DNA of 64,000 nucleotides from the NCBI GenBank assembly GCA_964252035.1, contig OZ176205.1; one strand, 5' to 3'. The translations under genes and the position numbers were made by a program. This DNA comes from Podarcis erhardii (taxonomy: Eukaryota). The notes below the pieces were generated by a model that was not told the DNA's origin, did no database searches, and saw only the letters and a program-made list of their open reading frames with translations. Of the stretch, positions 39,490-50,735 are shown one piece after another (within the stretch, counting starts at the first letter, position 1; every line of letters begins with the position of its first letter).

Positions 39490-39685
39490 AAACTTTTCAT
39501 CTCAGGGTCATGGGTTTGAACCCCACATTGGGCAAAAGATTTCCGCACTGCAGGGGGCTGGTCTAGATCATGAAATCATAGAGTTGGAAGGGACCCCAAG
39601 GGTCATCTAGTCCAACCCTCTGCAATGCAGGAATTTCAGCTAAAGCATCCATGACCCTTCCTGTTCCCTTCCAATTCTATGCTTC
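39490..39685 (+). mobile_element. CR1-tailed tRNA SINE interrupted by an inverted CR1 tail piece
   Basis: B-box-like gggtttgaacccc; SINE tail split at ATGA (39570-39573 and 39651-39654) by a reversed CR1 tail. Confidence 0.65.
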
Positions 39686-39769
39686 ATGTACACCCCCTGA
39701 ATAAAAGACGGTATACAAATGTCAGAAATAAATAAATGCCAGTCCAGATGGGCAGAGGCTGCCTGCGGA

Positions 39770-40410
39770 CATGAGCAAGCCGAGGCCCTGGTGCACTCTG
39801 TACACGCTTAATGCCACCACCCGTTATTCCCGGGTTGCTCCTAAGGCCCGGCCATCGGCCAGCAGGAGCCCGGCGGACCTCTCCAGCAGCCCTGCCGCCG
39901 CCGCTGGGGGAGAAAGTGGCGGTATAACGCCGGGGAGGGCCCCACCGCGCGGCTGCCTCTCCTCTCCAGCAGCCGAGGCGGCCGCGGCTCCTTTAAGAGC
40001 CGCAGGTCTATGGAAATGAGCGTCGGCGAGCTGCTGCCGCAGCGGAGCCTTGCCGGGCTGGTTGGCAGGCGGAGAGACCTTCGCGGGCTGCGAGCGAGAG
40101 CGCACGCGGCGGCGGCAGCGGCGGACCTGCTGGGGCTGATCGGCGGAGCCGGCGGGCGCCTTGGCCCGGATCCTCCGCTGGGCATGAAGCGCAGCTGCTG
40201 AGCGACGCGCGGACGGACGGAGCGAGAGGAAGCCGGAGAGCGGGCGGCGGCGGCGGCGGGAGATGGGCGGCGGCTGCGGCTGCTGCGCCCCCGGCCGGGC
40301 TGTGCTGCTGCTGCTGGCGGCGCTGGGGGTCCCCCGCTCGGCCGCAGCCCGGAGCCCCCCGGGGCCGCCCTGCGCCCCCTTCAGCGGACCGGCCTGGCCG
40401 CCGCCGCCAC

Positions 40411-40443
<33 letters not shown>

Positions 40444-41800
40444 TGCTCCCCGCTTGCGCCGCGCCGCCGCTCTCGTGGCGCTGCCCGGCCGCGCGTCCTG
40501 CCCGCGGCCTCTGGGCGCACCTGCTGGGGCCGCGCTGCGGCGGCGGCGGCGGCGGCGACGCGGTTGAGGACGGCGACTTGGTGCTGCTGAGCCGGCTGCT
40601 GCTGGCCCCGGAGCCGGGCCCGCGGTTCCGCAGGGGGCGCAGGCGGGCGCTGTGCATGGAGCCGGGCGCGCGCGTCCCCCTGCCGCCGGCCAGCTCCCGG
40701 GGAGGCTGCCGGCTGCGCTGCCGGTTGCGAGGCGACAGCGGCGGGAGCGAGCCGTCGGACCACCTCCAGGAGGACTTGATGCTGCCCCCTCGGGCCAGGT
40801 GCCTCCGCTCCGGGCACCCGCTGCGCCTGGAGCTCCTGTGCAGCCTCTGTGAGGAGGAGGAGGAGGAGGAGGAGGAGGGAGAGACCTTTGTCCTGTGGAG
40901 CCTCGGCCTGGGCTCTTCGCAGCAGCAGATGGAGAAGCTGTGGGAATCCGAGGGGGCACCCCGAGGTGGCGCGGGGAGCAGCCGCTCCAAGAGGAACGTC
41001 AACGCCAGCCCTCAGTTCCAGATGCCCGCCTACCAGGCTTCGGTGCCGGAGAACAGGCCGGCGGGGACCCCCGTGATCATGCTGCGGGCCCTGGACCCTG
41101 ATGAAGGCGAATGGGGCCGCTTGGACTACTCCATGGATGCCCTCTACGACAGCCGCTCCAACAGCTTCTTTGCCATCGATGCCCAGACGGGGGCCGTGAC
41201 GACGGCTGAGGAGCTGGACCGGGAGACCAAGAGCACCCACGTGTTCCGGGTGACGGCCACGGACCACGGCGTGCCACGCCGCACCGCCCTGGCCACCCTC
41301 ATGATCACGGTGAGCGACACCAATGACCACGACCCGGTCTTTGAGCAGCAGGAATACAAGGAGAGCATGCGGGAGAACCTGGAGGTGGGCTACGAGGTGC
41401 TGACAGTGAGGGCCACGGACGGGGATGCCAGCCCCAACGCCAACATCCTCTACCGCATCCTGAACGGGAACGGCTCCAACCGGATCTTTGAGATTGACCC
41501 CAAGTCCGGCGTCATTCGCACCAACGGCCTGGTGGACCGGGAAGCGGTTGAGGCCTACCAGCTGATGGTGGAGGCCAATGACCAAGGCAAAGACCCGGGG
41601 CCACGCAGCACCACAGCCACGATCCACATCACGGTGGAGGATGATAACGACAACTCGCCGCAGTTCAGCGAGAAACGCTACGTGGTGCAGGTGCCCGAGA
41701 ACGTGGCCTCCAACACTCACATCCTGCGGGTCAACGCGACCGACCGGGACAAAGGGAGCAATGCTCTGGTGCATTACAGCATCATGAGTGGCAACACGCG
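39770..41800. promoter_or_regulatory. CELSR2 CpG island / promoter and 5' UTR
   Basis: Very GC- and CpG-rich sequence from about 39.8 kb, continuing into exon 1. Confidence 0.85.
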
Positions 41801-43779
41801 TGGCCAGTTCTACATCGATGCCCAGACAGGTAACATTGATGTCGTCAGCCAGCTTGACTATGAGATGAACAAGGAATACACCCTCCGCATTAGGGCCCAG
41901 GATGGAGGAAGACCCCCTCTTTCCAACATCAGTGGCCTGGTGACCATCCAGGTGTTGGATGTCAATGACAACGCCCCCATATTTGTCAGCACCCCTTTTC
42001 AGTCCACGGTGCTGGAGAATGTCCCTGTGGGCTACTCTGTCATCCACATCCAAGCCATTGATGCGGATTCTGGGGAGAACGCTCGGCTCGAGTATGCTCT
42101 GGTTGACACGAGCTCTGATTTCCCCTTCACCATCAATAACAACACAGGCTGGATTGTGGTGGCCTCTGAATTGGACCGTGAAGCTGTGGACTTCTACAAC
42201 TTTGGTGTTGAGGCCCGAGACCATGGTAGCCCCCCCATGACCTCCTCAGCCAGCGTCAGCATCACCGTCCTGGATGTCAATGATAACAATCCTGAGTTTA
42301 CTCAAAAGGAATATACCATGAGGCTCAATGAAGACGCTGCTGTGGGCACCAGTGTCCTTACGGTCTCTGCCATTGACCGAGATGTCAACAGCGTCATCAC
42401 CTACCAGATCACTAATGGGAACACCCGCAATCGCTTCTCCATAACCAGCCAGAGTGGTGGGGGTCTCATCACCCTTGCCCTACCCTTGGATTACAAATTA
42501 GAGCGTCAGTACCTGCTTACCATTACTGCTTCTGATGGCACACGACTCGACACGGCCCAGGTTTTTGTGAATGTGACAGATGCCAACACACACCGACCAG
42601 TCTTCCAAAGCTCCCACTACACCGTGAACATCAATGAGGACAGGCCAGTGGGTACCACTGTAGTTATTATTAGTGCTACAGATGAGGACACGGGGGAGAA
42701 TGCCCGCATTACTTACTTCATGGAAGACAGTATCCCTCAGTTCAAGATAGATATGGATACTGGTGCTGTCACCACTCAGATGGAGCTGGACTATGAGGAT
42801 CAGGTGTCCTACACATTGGCAATTACAGCCCGGGACAATGGTATCCCCCAGAAATCAGATACTACCTACCTGGAGATCCTAGTCAACGATGTAAATGACA
42901 ACGCACCTCAGTTCTTAAGGGATAACTACCAGGGTTCTGTATATGAGGATGTGCCAGCTTTCACGAGTGTCCTGCAGGTTTCTGCCACCGACAGAGACTC
43001 TGGGCTGAATGGAAGGGTGTTCTATACCTTCCAGGGTGGGGATGATGGGGATGGAGACTTCATAATTGAATCCACATCGGGCATTGTTAGGACACTGCGC
43101 AGGCTGGACAGGGAGAATGTCCCATTGTATGAGCTTAGGGCATATGCCGTCGATAAGGGCATGCCAGCCATGAGGACCCCTATTGATGTCTATATCACTG
43201 TTCTTGATGTCAACGACAACCCCCCTGTCTTTGAACAGGATGAGTTTGACATTTTTGTTGAGGAGAACAGCCCCATTGGTTTAGTAGTGGCCCGGATCAC
43301 TGCCAGCGACCCAGATGAGGGCACCAATGCCCAGATCATGTATCAGATAGTGGAAGGCAACATTCCCGAGGTCTTTCAACTTGACATCTTCTCCGGAGAG
43401 CTGACGGCACTGATGGATTTGGATTATGAGGCCAAGTCTGAGTATGTCATTGTGGTCCAGGCTACTTCAGCCCCACTCGTCAGCCGGGCCACTGTGCACG
43501 TCCGTCTGCTGGATAAGAACGACAACATCCCTGTCTTGAAGAATTTTGAGATCCTCTTCAATAACTATATCACCAACAAGTCCAGCAGTTTCCCCACGGG
43601 TGTGATTGGCAGAATCCCAGCCTATGACCCGGATGTCTCCGATACGCTTACCTACAGCTTTGAGCAAGGCAACGAACTGAGGCTGGTGCTCCTGAACCAC
43701 AGCACTGGAGAGCTACGTCTGAGCAGGGCCTTGGATAACAACAGGCCTTTGGAAGCGATCATGAGAGTATCTGTGTCAG
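40263..43779 (+). CDS. CELSR2: CELSR2 exon 1: signal peptide, prodomain, furin site RSKR, tandem cadherin repeats
   Basis: Strong Kozak; ORF matching CELSR2 (NVNASPQFQMPAYQASVPEN...DRETKSTHVFRV...LDNNRPLEAIMRVSVS); donor tcag|gtaagg in phase 1; synteny downstream of SARS1. The start codon is the least certain element. Confidence 0.95.
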
Positions 43780-43924
43780 GTAAGGTGGCAAATGCATTCC
43801 TGTGCATGTGGGTTTGGATCTCAAGTTTTGGGGGAAAGAGAAACTTTGGGAGCAATCTAGTTGCTCCAAAACTCTGCATGCCTACCTCATGCTCTCCTAA
43901 CCTTGTGGCTAATATCAATTGGCA

Positions 43925-44053
43925 TCATAGAATCTTAGAGTTGGAAGGGACCCAAGGGTCATCTAGTCCAACCCCCTGCAATGCAGGAAACTCAGCTAAA
44001 GCATCCATGACAGATGGCCAGCCAACCTCTGCTTAAAAACATCCAAGGAAGCT
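43925..44053 (-). mobile_element. CR1 3' tail fragment
   Basis: tcatagaatcttagagttggaagggacccaagggtcatctagtccaac. Confidence 0.8.
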
Positions 44054-44239
44054 TTTAAAGAAAGGGCGTCTGATCACACTCAGAAAACTTTTGCTAATAA
44101 CCATTCTGAATATGTGGTATATGGGCCACACTGCCTCCCCCAGCCTGGAGCCCTGGACTGCAACTCCCACCATCCCTGAATTTTGGCCATGCTGGCTTGG
44201 GCTTCTGGGAGTTGTAGTCCAAAACATCTTTACACTCGC

Positions 44240-44369
44240 TTTTGACACTTGAGATGTACGTTTTTAGGACCTACCTAATTTATATGATGGTTAGTTGTTT
44301 TAATCTGTTTTTAATATTGTGTTTGAACTGTTGTAACCTACCCTGGGACCTTAGGGTAATGGGTGGGTA

Positions 44370-44413
<44 letters not shown>
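44240..44413 (+). mobile_element. L2 LINE 3' end with (TAA)14 tail
   Basis: ttgtaacctaccctgggacc...gggtaat followed by a TAA microsatellite at 44372-44413. Confidence 0.7.
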
Positions 44414-44414
<1 letters not shown>

Positions 44415-46057
44415 CTGCAGAGCACCAGGTCAGGGGAGGCTGGCTTAATCTGTTGTTTGCAATTAGGAAGCATTTAGCTAATCATTGCAAAGGTGCAGCA
44501 GCAGCAGCAAAGTAGAACTGCTTTTTTGGAATTGGTGGAGGTTGCATAACAGCCAAATGGCGATCCAGGATTCCGTGCGCTGCTCCAGTTGGCTGCCCCA
44601 GTCTTTGCTCTCAGAGAACAGCTGAAGCTGCAGAGTTTCTCCCCCCACCCCATCTCTTCCACAGGCTCCCAGTATCCCAGCCAAAGAATCTTCTTCCTCC
44701 TGCCCTTCCTTTCTATTCCCTTTGAATGGAACCAACCACTTGAGGCTAATTCCATATAAAATTGGCTTTCCTTGCATGCGAGCTGAATGCACGATGATTT
44801 GATGCCACCAATACTGGCTTTTGGTGTTTGGGGCAGTGCGGATGAGGCAGGAGGAGTGCAAGATGGGTCTGTTCTGTGATCATTCATTCAGAAGATAGAG
44901 CTGATCTTCCTCTGGGCTCTGAGATTCTGTTTATCAGTGCCTGGAAGATGAGGGAGAATGCTGGGAGATATTTGGCTGTCCTATAAGGAAACCTTTAGTA
45001 TGTCTGTGTCATTGCTACCAGACATGGTCCCACAACAAACATGGGCTCTTTTCTCCCAGAGCTTATACTCCTGTATGTTTGTTATTCCTCAAGATGCCAT
45101 GATACTTTTTGGGTGGTATGCTGCTAAGTTTTACACAGACCCACTGAAATGGATGACTTCCATTCTTTGCAGTGGGTCTACTCTCAGTGAAAAGTATTCA
45201 AATCCCACCGCTTGTTGCATTTTTGCTGCAATCGAGAAATGAACGCAGCTACTCTTCTGCAACACAGACGTGGAATTTGTGTGCCTGAGATGGGTGTAGC
45301 ATGTGGGGAAATGTGTCACTGGAGTAGAATAGCTGTTTTGTTCCAGGAGAAGGATGCAGTCCCTTTAATTAGCCAGATAGTCTCCTTTTCCTACACTGCC
45401 ACTTTATTACAATGCCCGGTGTATGTGCTTTGCAATTACATTAAATTAAATGCCACTGCCCCAGTGCAGAACTTTGCAGGGTAAGCAGAGAGGCAAGCAT
45501 CAGCAGAAACGGTTGTTGTTTGTAGGATATAAACTGATGCAGGCATGGGGAACCTGTGGCCTTGCAAAGGTTGCTGAGCTACAACTCTCATCATTCCTGA
45601 ACATCAGCCATACTGGCTGGGGTTGATAGGAGTTGATTTATTGATTTATTAAATTTGTATAGCGGCCTTCATCCAAAGAGGGCAGGGTACTCCAGCATCA
45701 CCTGGAGGGTCACAGGCATCCCATCCCTGAGTTAATGTTAAAGCTACAGCTAACTCATCTTCAGGGTGTCAAGGGCTTACAGAAGGACCAGTGCCAAAAT
45801 CTCAGCATAGAGGACCACAGGTGGATGAAAGGTGAAATGGCAAGTTATGGCAAGCATAAGAAGAGCCATCAGGCTAAAGCTCAGCTAGCCCAGCATTCTG
45901 TTCTCATAGCAGCTAATTAGATGCCTGTGGGAAGCCTGCATGCAGGACCCAAGTTCAACAAGGGTCTCCCAACTCCCTGCTGCCCTCCGAATAGTGGGGG
46001 GTTTACAAAAAATTGACTGTGAACTGCATAATTTGAATTTGCTTTAGCCTCTTGGAA

Positions 46058-46192
46058 CAGGGATGCAGAGCCTGTGGACCTTGTGATGTTGCTGGACTCC
46101 AACTCCCATCTGCCTCAGCCTGCATGGCCAACAACCAGGGATGCTGGGAGCTGTAGTTCAACAGCATATGGAAGTCTACAGGTTCCCTTTCC
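46058..46192. mobile_element. Palindromic hAT-type MITE (about 135 bp)
   Basis: cagggatg...cctgtgga...gactccaactccc / gggagctgtagttc...acaggttccc inverted arms; relatives at about 38985-39185, 44100-44230, 45540-45730, 53897-53935 and 54870-54940. Confidence 0.6.
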
Positions 46193-49100
46193 TTTTTCCG
46201 GAATTATGGTGACATCAGGAAGAGAGAGGTCCTGCTCAGGAATGTCTTAGTCATCCAAGGCTTACTTACATGTAGCCTCATCCAGGAGGCAGTTCCTGAT
46301 CCCAAAGTGTGTGTTTCTGACCATTTCCAGCAACTTTTAAAAGAGACTATGGCTATGCCATAATGTCAGTGGGTTGTATTCAGTGCTTTGCCAACAGGGT
46401 TCCATGGGCACAATGTTTTCTCTCCTACTCCCATTCTAGATGGTCCCCCCAACCTTCTAGAGCCGATTTTGAGGGCACATGGAAGGGTGGAGGGGGAAAG
46501 AAGTTCCATTGAGTACCCAGAAGACCCTTCCACCGATGGAGCTGCAGCTATTGCCCTGCTATCTTCAAATATGCTACTGAAAATGGCTGGAGAACACATT
46601 TTTCAGATGGGCTCTTGTGTTTCATTGGTGGGCGAGCATCGTCAATATATAATGTTGTAGACTAGTGTGTGCTGAACACATGTCTGAATGGATAGATGAA
46701 CTAAGGCTGGCAGGTTATATACAGCTTACTAAGGATTTTCCTATGGAGAAGACCTTGCCGCACCTTCACAACTTGTTCCGGGTCCCAGTTGCTCTGGGCA
46801 AAGTGTCCTTTAAGTGGGCTTCCTCCTCTGTCGACATTCTATGGTGGGCTTACTGAGTTGACGGCGTTGCTCAGAGCTGTGTCTGTTTGCAATTTAATTT
46901 CCCACAATGTCTCTGGTGTAGCATTGCTTTTGGGCATTGTGGGAAATACCCACCTATCTGGCACTGCTTAGAGTGCCAGATCAGATTTGTTTAGAAAGGG
47001 GCAGAGGTGGGTCCTTCCCCGTTGCCGGGGCTATGGACTCTGCCCAAGAACAGCAGGGGCTGATCCTGGCTCCTCCCCACTCTGGCCGCAAAGGACTGGG
47101 CTGTGAGTGAGGAACATGTGGTGGTCGTGGGCGTAGTTGGAGGAAGGGAGAGAAGCCACTTGGGCAAACAGGATAGAGCTTACACGCCTTACATCCCCCC
47201 CCCCCCGCATTCATGTTAAATCTCATGAATCAGGATGTTGTTGACTCACTTCTGCGAAGCCTCCCACTCTGTGCTGGAGCGAATTCAACCTGGCAGATGC
47301 TCCTTTTCCTAACTTAGATCTGGTGGCTTGATAGCACACATCCCTCTTTTATCTGGAGTTTGAAGCCTGCACCCTTTTTGTCCAGCAGGAATTGGAGGCT
47401 TTGGAGAGGATGGGCTATGACTACAAAACTTTGGGCTCCTTAACTTCTTTGTAATCCAGCCTCTTTGCCTCTATAGGCAGTAATTTCCTCAAGGCAAAAT
47501 CACGCCAGGTGTGGTTGGTGCCTCGCCTGCACCTGATCCTTAGTGAAACTGAATCATTGTGTGCGCAAATCTGGCAACTTTCATTGGCCCTAGAGTCATC
47601 CCTACCAGGGATGGGAAGTATCTGCTGGTGGAACTCCTTGGATGAACGTAGCCTGGCCTAGCCTGGCCAGCATCTACAATCGCTCTCCGCCTTCAAGTAA
47701 CTAGTTATTACTTGCCTATTACTCTCCTGGGTCTTTGTAGCAGCACCTGTTCGACAAGGTTTTCACCAGGAATTAGAGCTGAATTTATGGTCCAAATTCT
47801 GCTTGTGATGCAGTTGGCATCTGCCTTCAGGGAGGGCTAATAACAGATTGTTACAGCACGCACAAAGTGAAGTGAAACCTGCCAACTGCCATTGGCAATT
47901 TGACTAGGCTGCTTTCGCAGGGCGACGGGACAGGAGATTTTTGTGGGGGGGGGTAGGAATGGGTGGTAGATGCATCTGAGTTCTGGGGAAAGGCCAGATC
48001 TTAGTGATAGAGCATCTGTCTTACCTGTGGGGGGTCCTGGGTTCAGCCCCTAGCATCTCTCAGTTGGAACAGGAATACCCCAATCTGAAACTCTGGAGGT
48101 TTACTTCTAGTCAGTGTAGACAATACTGAACTACATGGACCAAGTCTGATTCAGTATAAGCTATATTTCAAGTTGGCAGGGGCATCAAAGATCATGTAGT
48201 CCAAATCCTTACCACAGCTAGTGTTTTCTCTACCTAAAACAGCAGAAATAAATGTTAACGTGTCCTCTTTAAAACAACAATGACCAAAACTTCAAAGGGA
48301 GATGATTTCATGAGATCCTAGGCAAATAATTTTGTTGCTCAGTTGCTGTTGCAGCCAAGTTCTTCCTATTTTGTAGAATGACTGTTGTTTACCTGCAAGT
48401 TAAACCCCACAGACTCCTGTCCTCCTTTTAGTGGCAAAAGAAATTGCTTGCTTTCAGTTTGATTTATGGCAAGGCCATATATAAGTTACTTAGCTGTCTT
48501 TTCTGTCAGCTGCATAATTCCCTGGTCGTCACTCTTTCTTCACATCATAATCTTGCATTTTAATCCCTGCATTTTCTTTTCTTTTCTTCCCCTGCTCCAG
48601 TGGCATTCTTGGGCGTGTGTATATATTCTCTTTCATGTATGGCGTCCAAATTGGGCACGACACGTCCTGCTAAAGCCAACCCCAAATCGTTATTGATTAA
48701 AAATGGCACCATCATTATCATGTGAGCATTGGGTATCTCCCCATGCAGACTTTAAAAAACAAAACCCAACCAACTAGAAACCAAAACCCTTTTTGTGGTG
48801 AAGCTGCTGAGGTTGGAGTTCTGGCAAAATACACAGTCTCTGATGCTGTCTGCTGTCAGAGATTTGACACGCCAAGTCAGGACTTGCAAAGTCGTTAATG
48901 TTTTTAGTCTATCCCTTCCTAAGAGGGATGGCATACTTTTCTCCCATCCCAGCTCACAAGTTCAGTATTCCGAATGATCACAAACATTGTCAAAAAGCTA
49001 AGGGGAGAGATTGTGTTTGTATATGTAGATGGTCCCAGGAGCATCACTGAACATTACCCCCTTATTAATGCTGCCCTCCATAGCATGGAAGACGATGGCA

Positions 49101-49489
49101 GGCCTTCCTGCCGGAGACCAATTTGGAGATGCTTAAGAGCAGCTGTCCCTGAGTCTCGGCAATTAAACTCTCAGCATGGTGGCTGCCGGTCGCACCTGCT
49201 CTGTGGGGATAGGAATACAGGGACTGGGGAATACTGTACAGTGGATAGATTGGAGTGCTGATAATACACATAGCCCCTGGCTGTCATTGGAGCCCCAGTG
49301 AATGGTATTCCTGGCTTCTGATGCAGGGGGAATCCAAGCCGCTGGGGTTTATTGGGAAATTGCTGCAGCTGGCACTCCAGAGCTGGTGACTGCAGAATTA
49401 GAGGGAGGGTTTTTTCCTGGTGTGGCCAGTCAAAGCAAGAGAACAAATGCCCAGTTGTATTTCCAGCTGGTGGGTAGATGGTAATAATT

Positions 49490-50040
49490 TATTTCATAAA
49501 GAATTATATTCCGCTTGATTGACAGAAAGAATAGGACATTGAAATTGTCAGTAAAAACAGTAAGAAACAATTATTTAAATAATTAAAATCAACGATAAGC
49601 TAAAAACCCACTTAAAACACATGTAAACATTCTACATATCTGGGTAGGCTGGCCTAAACAAAAAGTTTTTAGCAGGCACAGTCGTACCTCGGAAGTCAGA
49701 TGCCTTGCAAGTTGAATGTTTTGGCTCCTGAACGCCGCAAACCTAGAAGTGAGTGTTCCGGTTTGCAAACATTTTTTGGAACTGAACGTCCAATGCTGCT
49801 TCCACGGCTTCCGATTGGCTGCAGGAGCTTCCTGCAGCCAATCGGAAGCTGTGCCTTGGTTTCCAAACATTTTGGAAGTCAAACGGACTTCTGGAATGGA
49901 TTCCGTTCGACTTCCAAGGTATGACTGTGCAGTGAAGGTGTCTGCCAGTAGTCAGGGGGTTCCAAACTGTGGGTGCTGCTGCACTAAAAGAGTGATTTAT
50001 TGCAGATGAGGAATGAGTATTATGTGGCACCTTTAACCGT
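49490..50040 (-). mobile_element. L2 LINE 3' fragment interrupted by a MITE
   Basis: Reversed A/T-rich L2 tail and ...aaaagtttttagcaggc|...|cagtgaagg...ttccaaactgtgggtgctgc. Confidence 0.55.
49679..49927. mobile_element. Tigger/pogo-like MITE
   Basis: TIRs cagtcgtacctcggaagtc / gacttccaaggtatgactg; central 20-bp perfect hairpin. Confidence 0.85.
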
Positions 50041-50176
50041 GCCAGTTCTGCAGATTTGCTGTGACTATGCTCTTCTGCAATGAATCCCCCCAAAGGCTTT
50101 GAAGAAGAGTCAGGACCTGTGTCACTGGGGGCCATACTACACAATGCATGCAAGTGGACATCATGGTAGTCCAGCA

Positions 50177-50322
50177 CAGTGGCGTAGCGTGGGGGGTGCA
50201 GGGGGGGCCGGCCGCACCGGGCGCAACATCTGGGGTTAGGGTTAGGGGGCACAAATCCATGGGTTAGGGGGCGCAAATTACTTGCCTTGCCCCGGGTGCT
50301 GACAACCCACACTACGCCACTG
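50177..50322. mobile_element. hAT-type MITE (146 bp)
   Basis: TIRs CAGTGGCGTAG/CTACGCCACTG; perfect 8-bp TSD GTCCAGCA (50169-50176 and 50323-50330). Confidence 0.92.
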
Positions 50323-50589
50323 GTCCAGCAGCCTCTTTTGTAGTCCAGCTCCAGAGGAGGTGGCTGGGAATGGAAGAATGGCAATAGTCACCATTGCTTG
50401 TGCCAAAGCCTTCATGGAAAAAGTGTATGTGAAGAGACTCTTCCTAACTCAGGCAGGGAGATGAGATGCTCATGTAAAATATTTGTACAGTATTGAGTGC
50501 AAGAACACTTATATAGTGCCATCCACATACACCCTGCTTAAAAAGAATGAGAGAATATTTTGGGGGGAAGACCCCAGCCCATCTCACGC

Positions 50590-50735
50590 AGCATTCCCAG
50601 TTGGTTAGAGTATGTTGCTGATATTGCCAAGGTTGCAGGTTCAATCCCTGTATGGGACAGCTGCATATTCCAGCATTGCAGGGGGTTGGACTAGATAGTA
50701 CCCATGGTCCCTTCCAACTCTACAGTTCTATGATT
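50590..50735 (+). mobile_element. tRNA-Ile-like head plus CR1-tail SINE
   Basis: cagttggttagag...gccaaggttgcaggttcaatccc head, then gggggttggactagat...ttccaactctacagttctatgatt. Confidence 0.75.

Noticed and set aside
40008-42224. 738-aa antisense ORF over CELSR2 exon 1 (also the 392-aa ORF at 39824-41002)
   Set aside because: The 738-aa ORF is in codon register with CELSR2 and stays open because TTA/CTA/TCA codons are avoided in GC-rich coding DNA; the 392-aa ORF reflects the scarcity of stop codons in the CpG island. Neither shows a recognisable domain.
43780-44036. ORF-track extension of CELSR2 to 1257 aa
   Set aside because: Read-through past a consensus donor (cag|gtaagg) into intron and CR1 sequence; the same applies to intron extensions of SARS1 and ELAPOR1 ORFs in the track.
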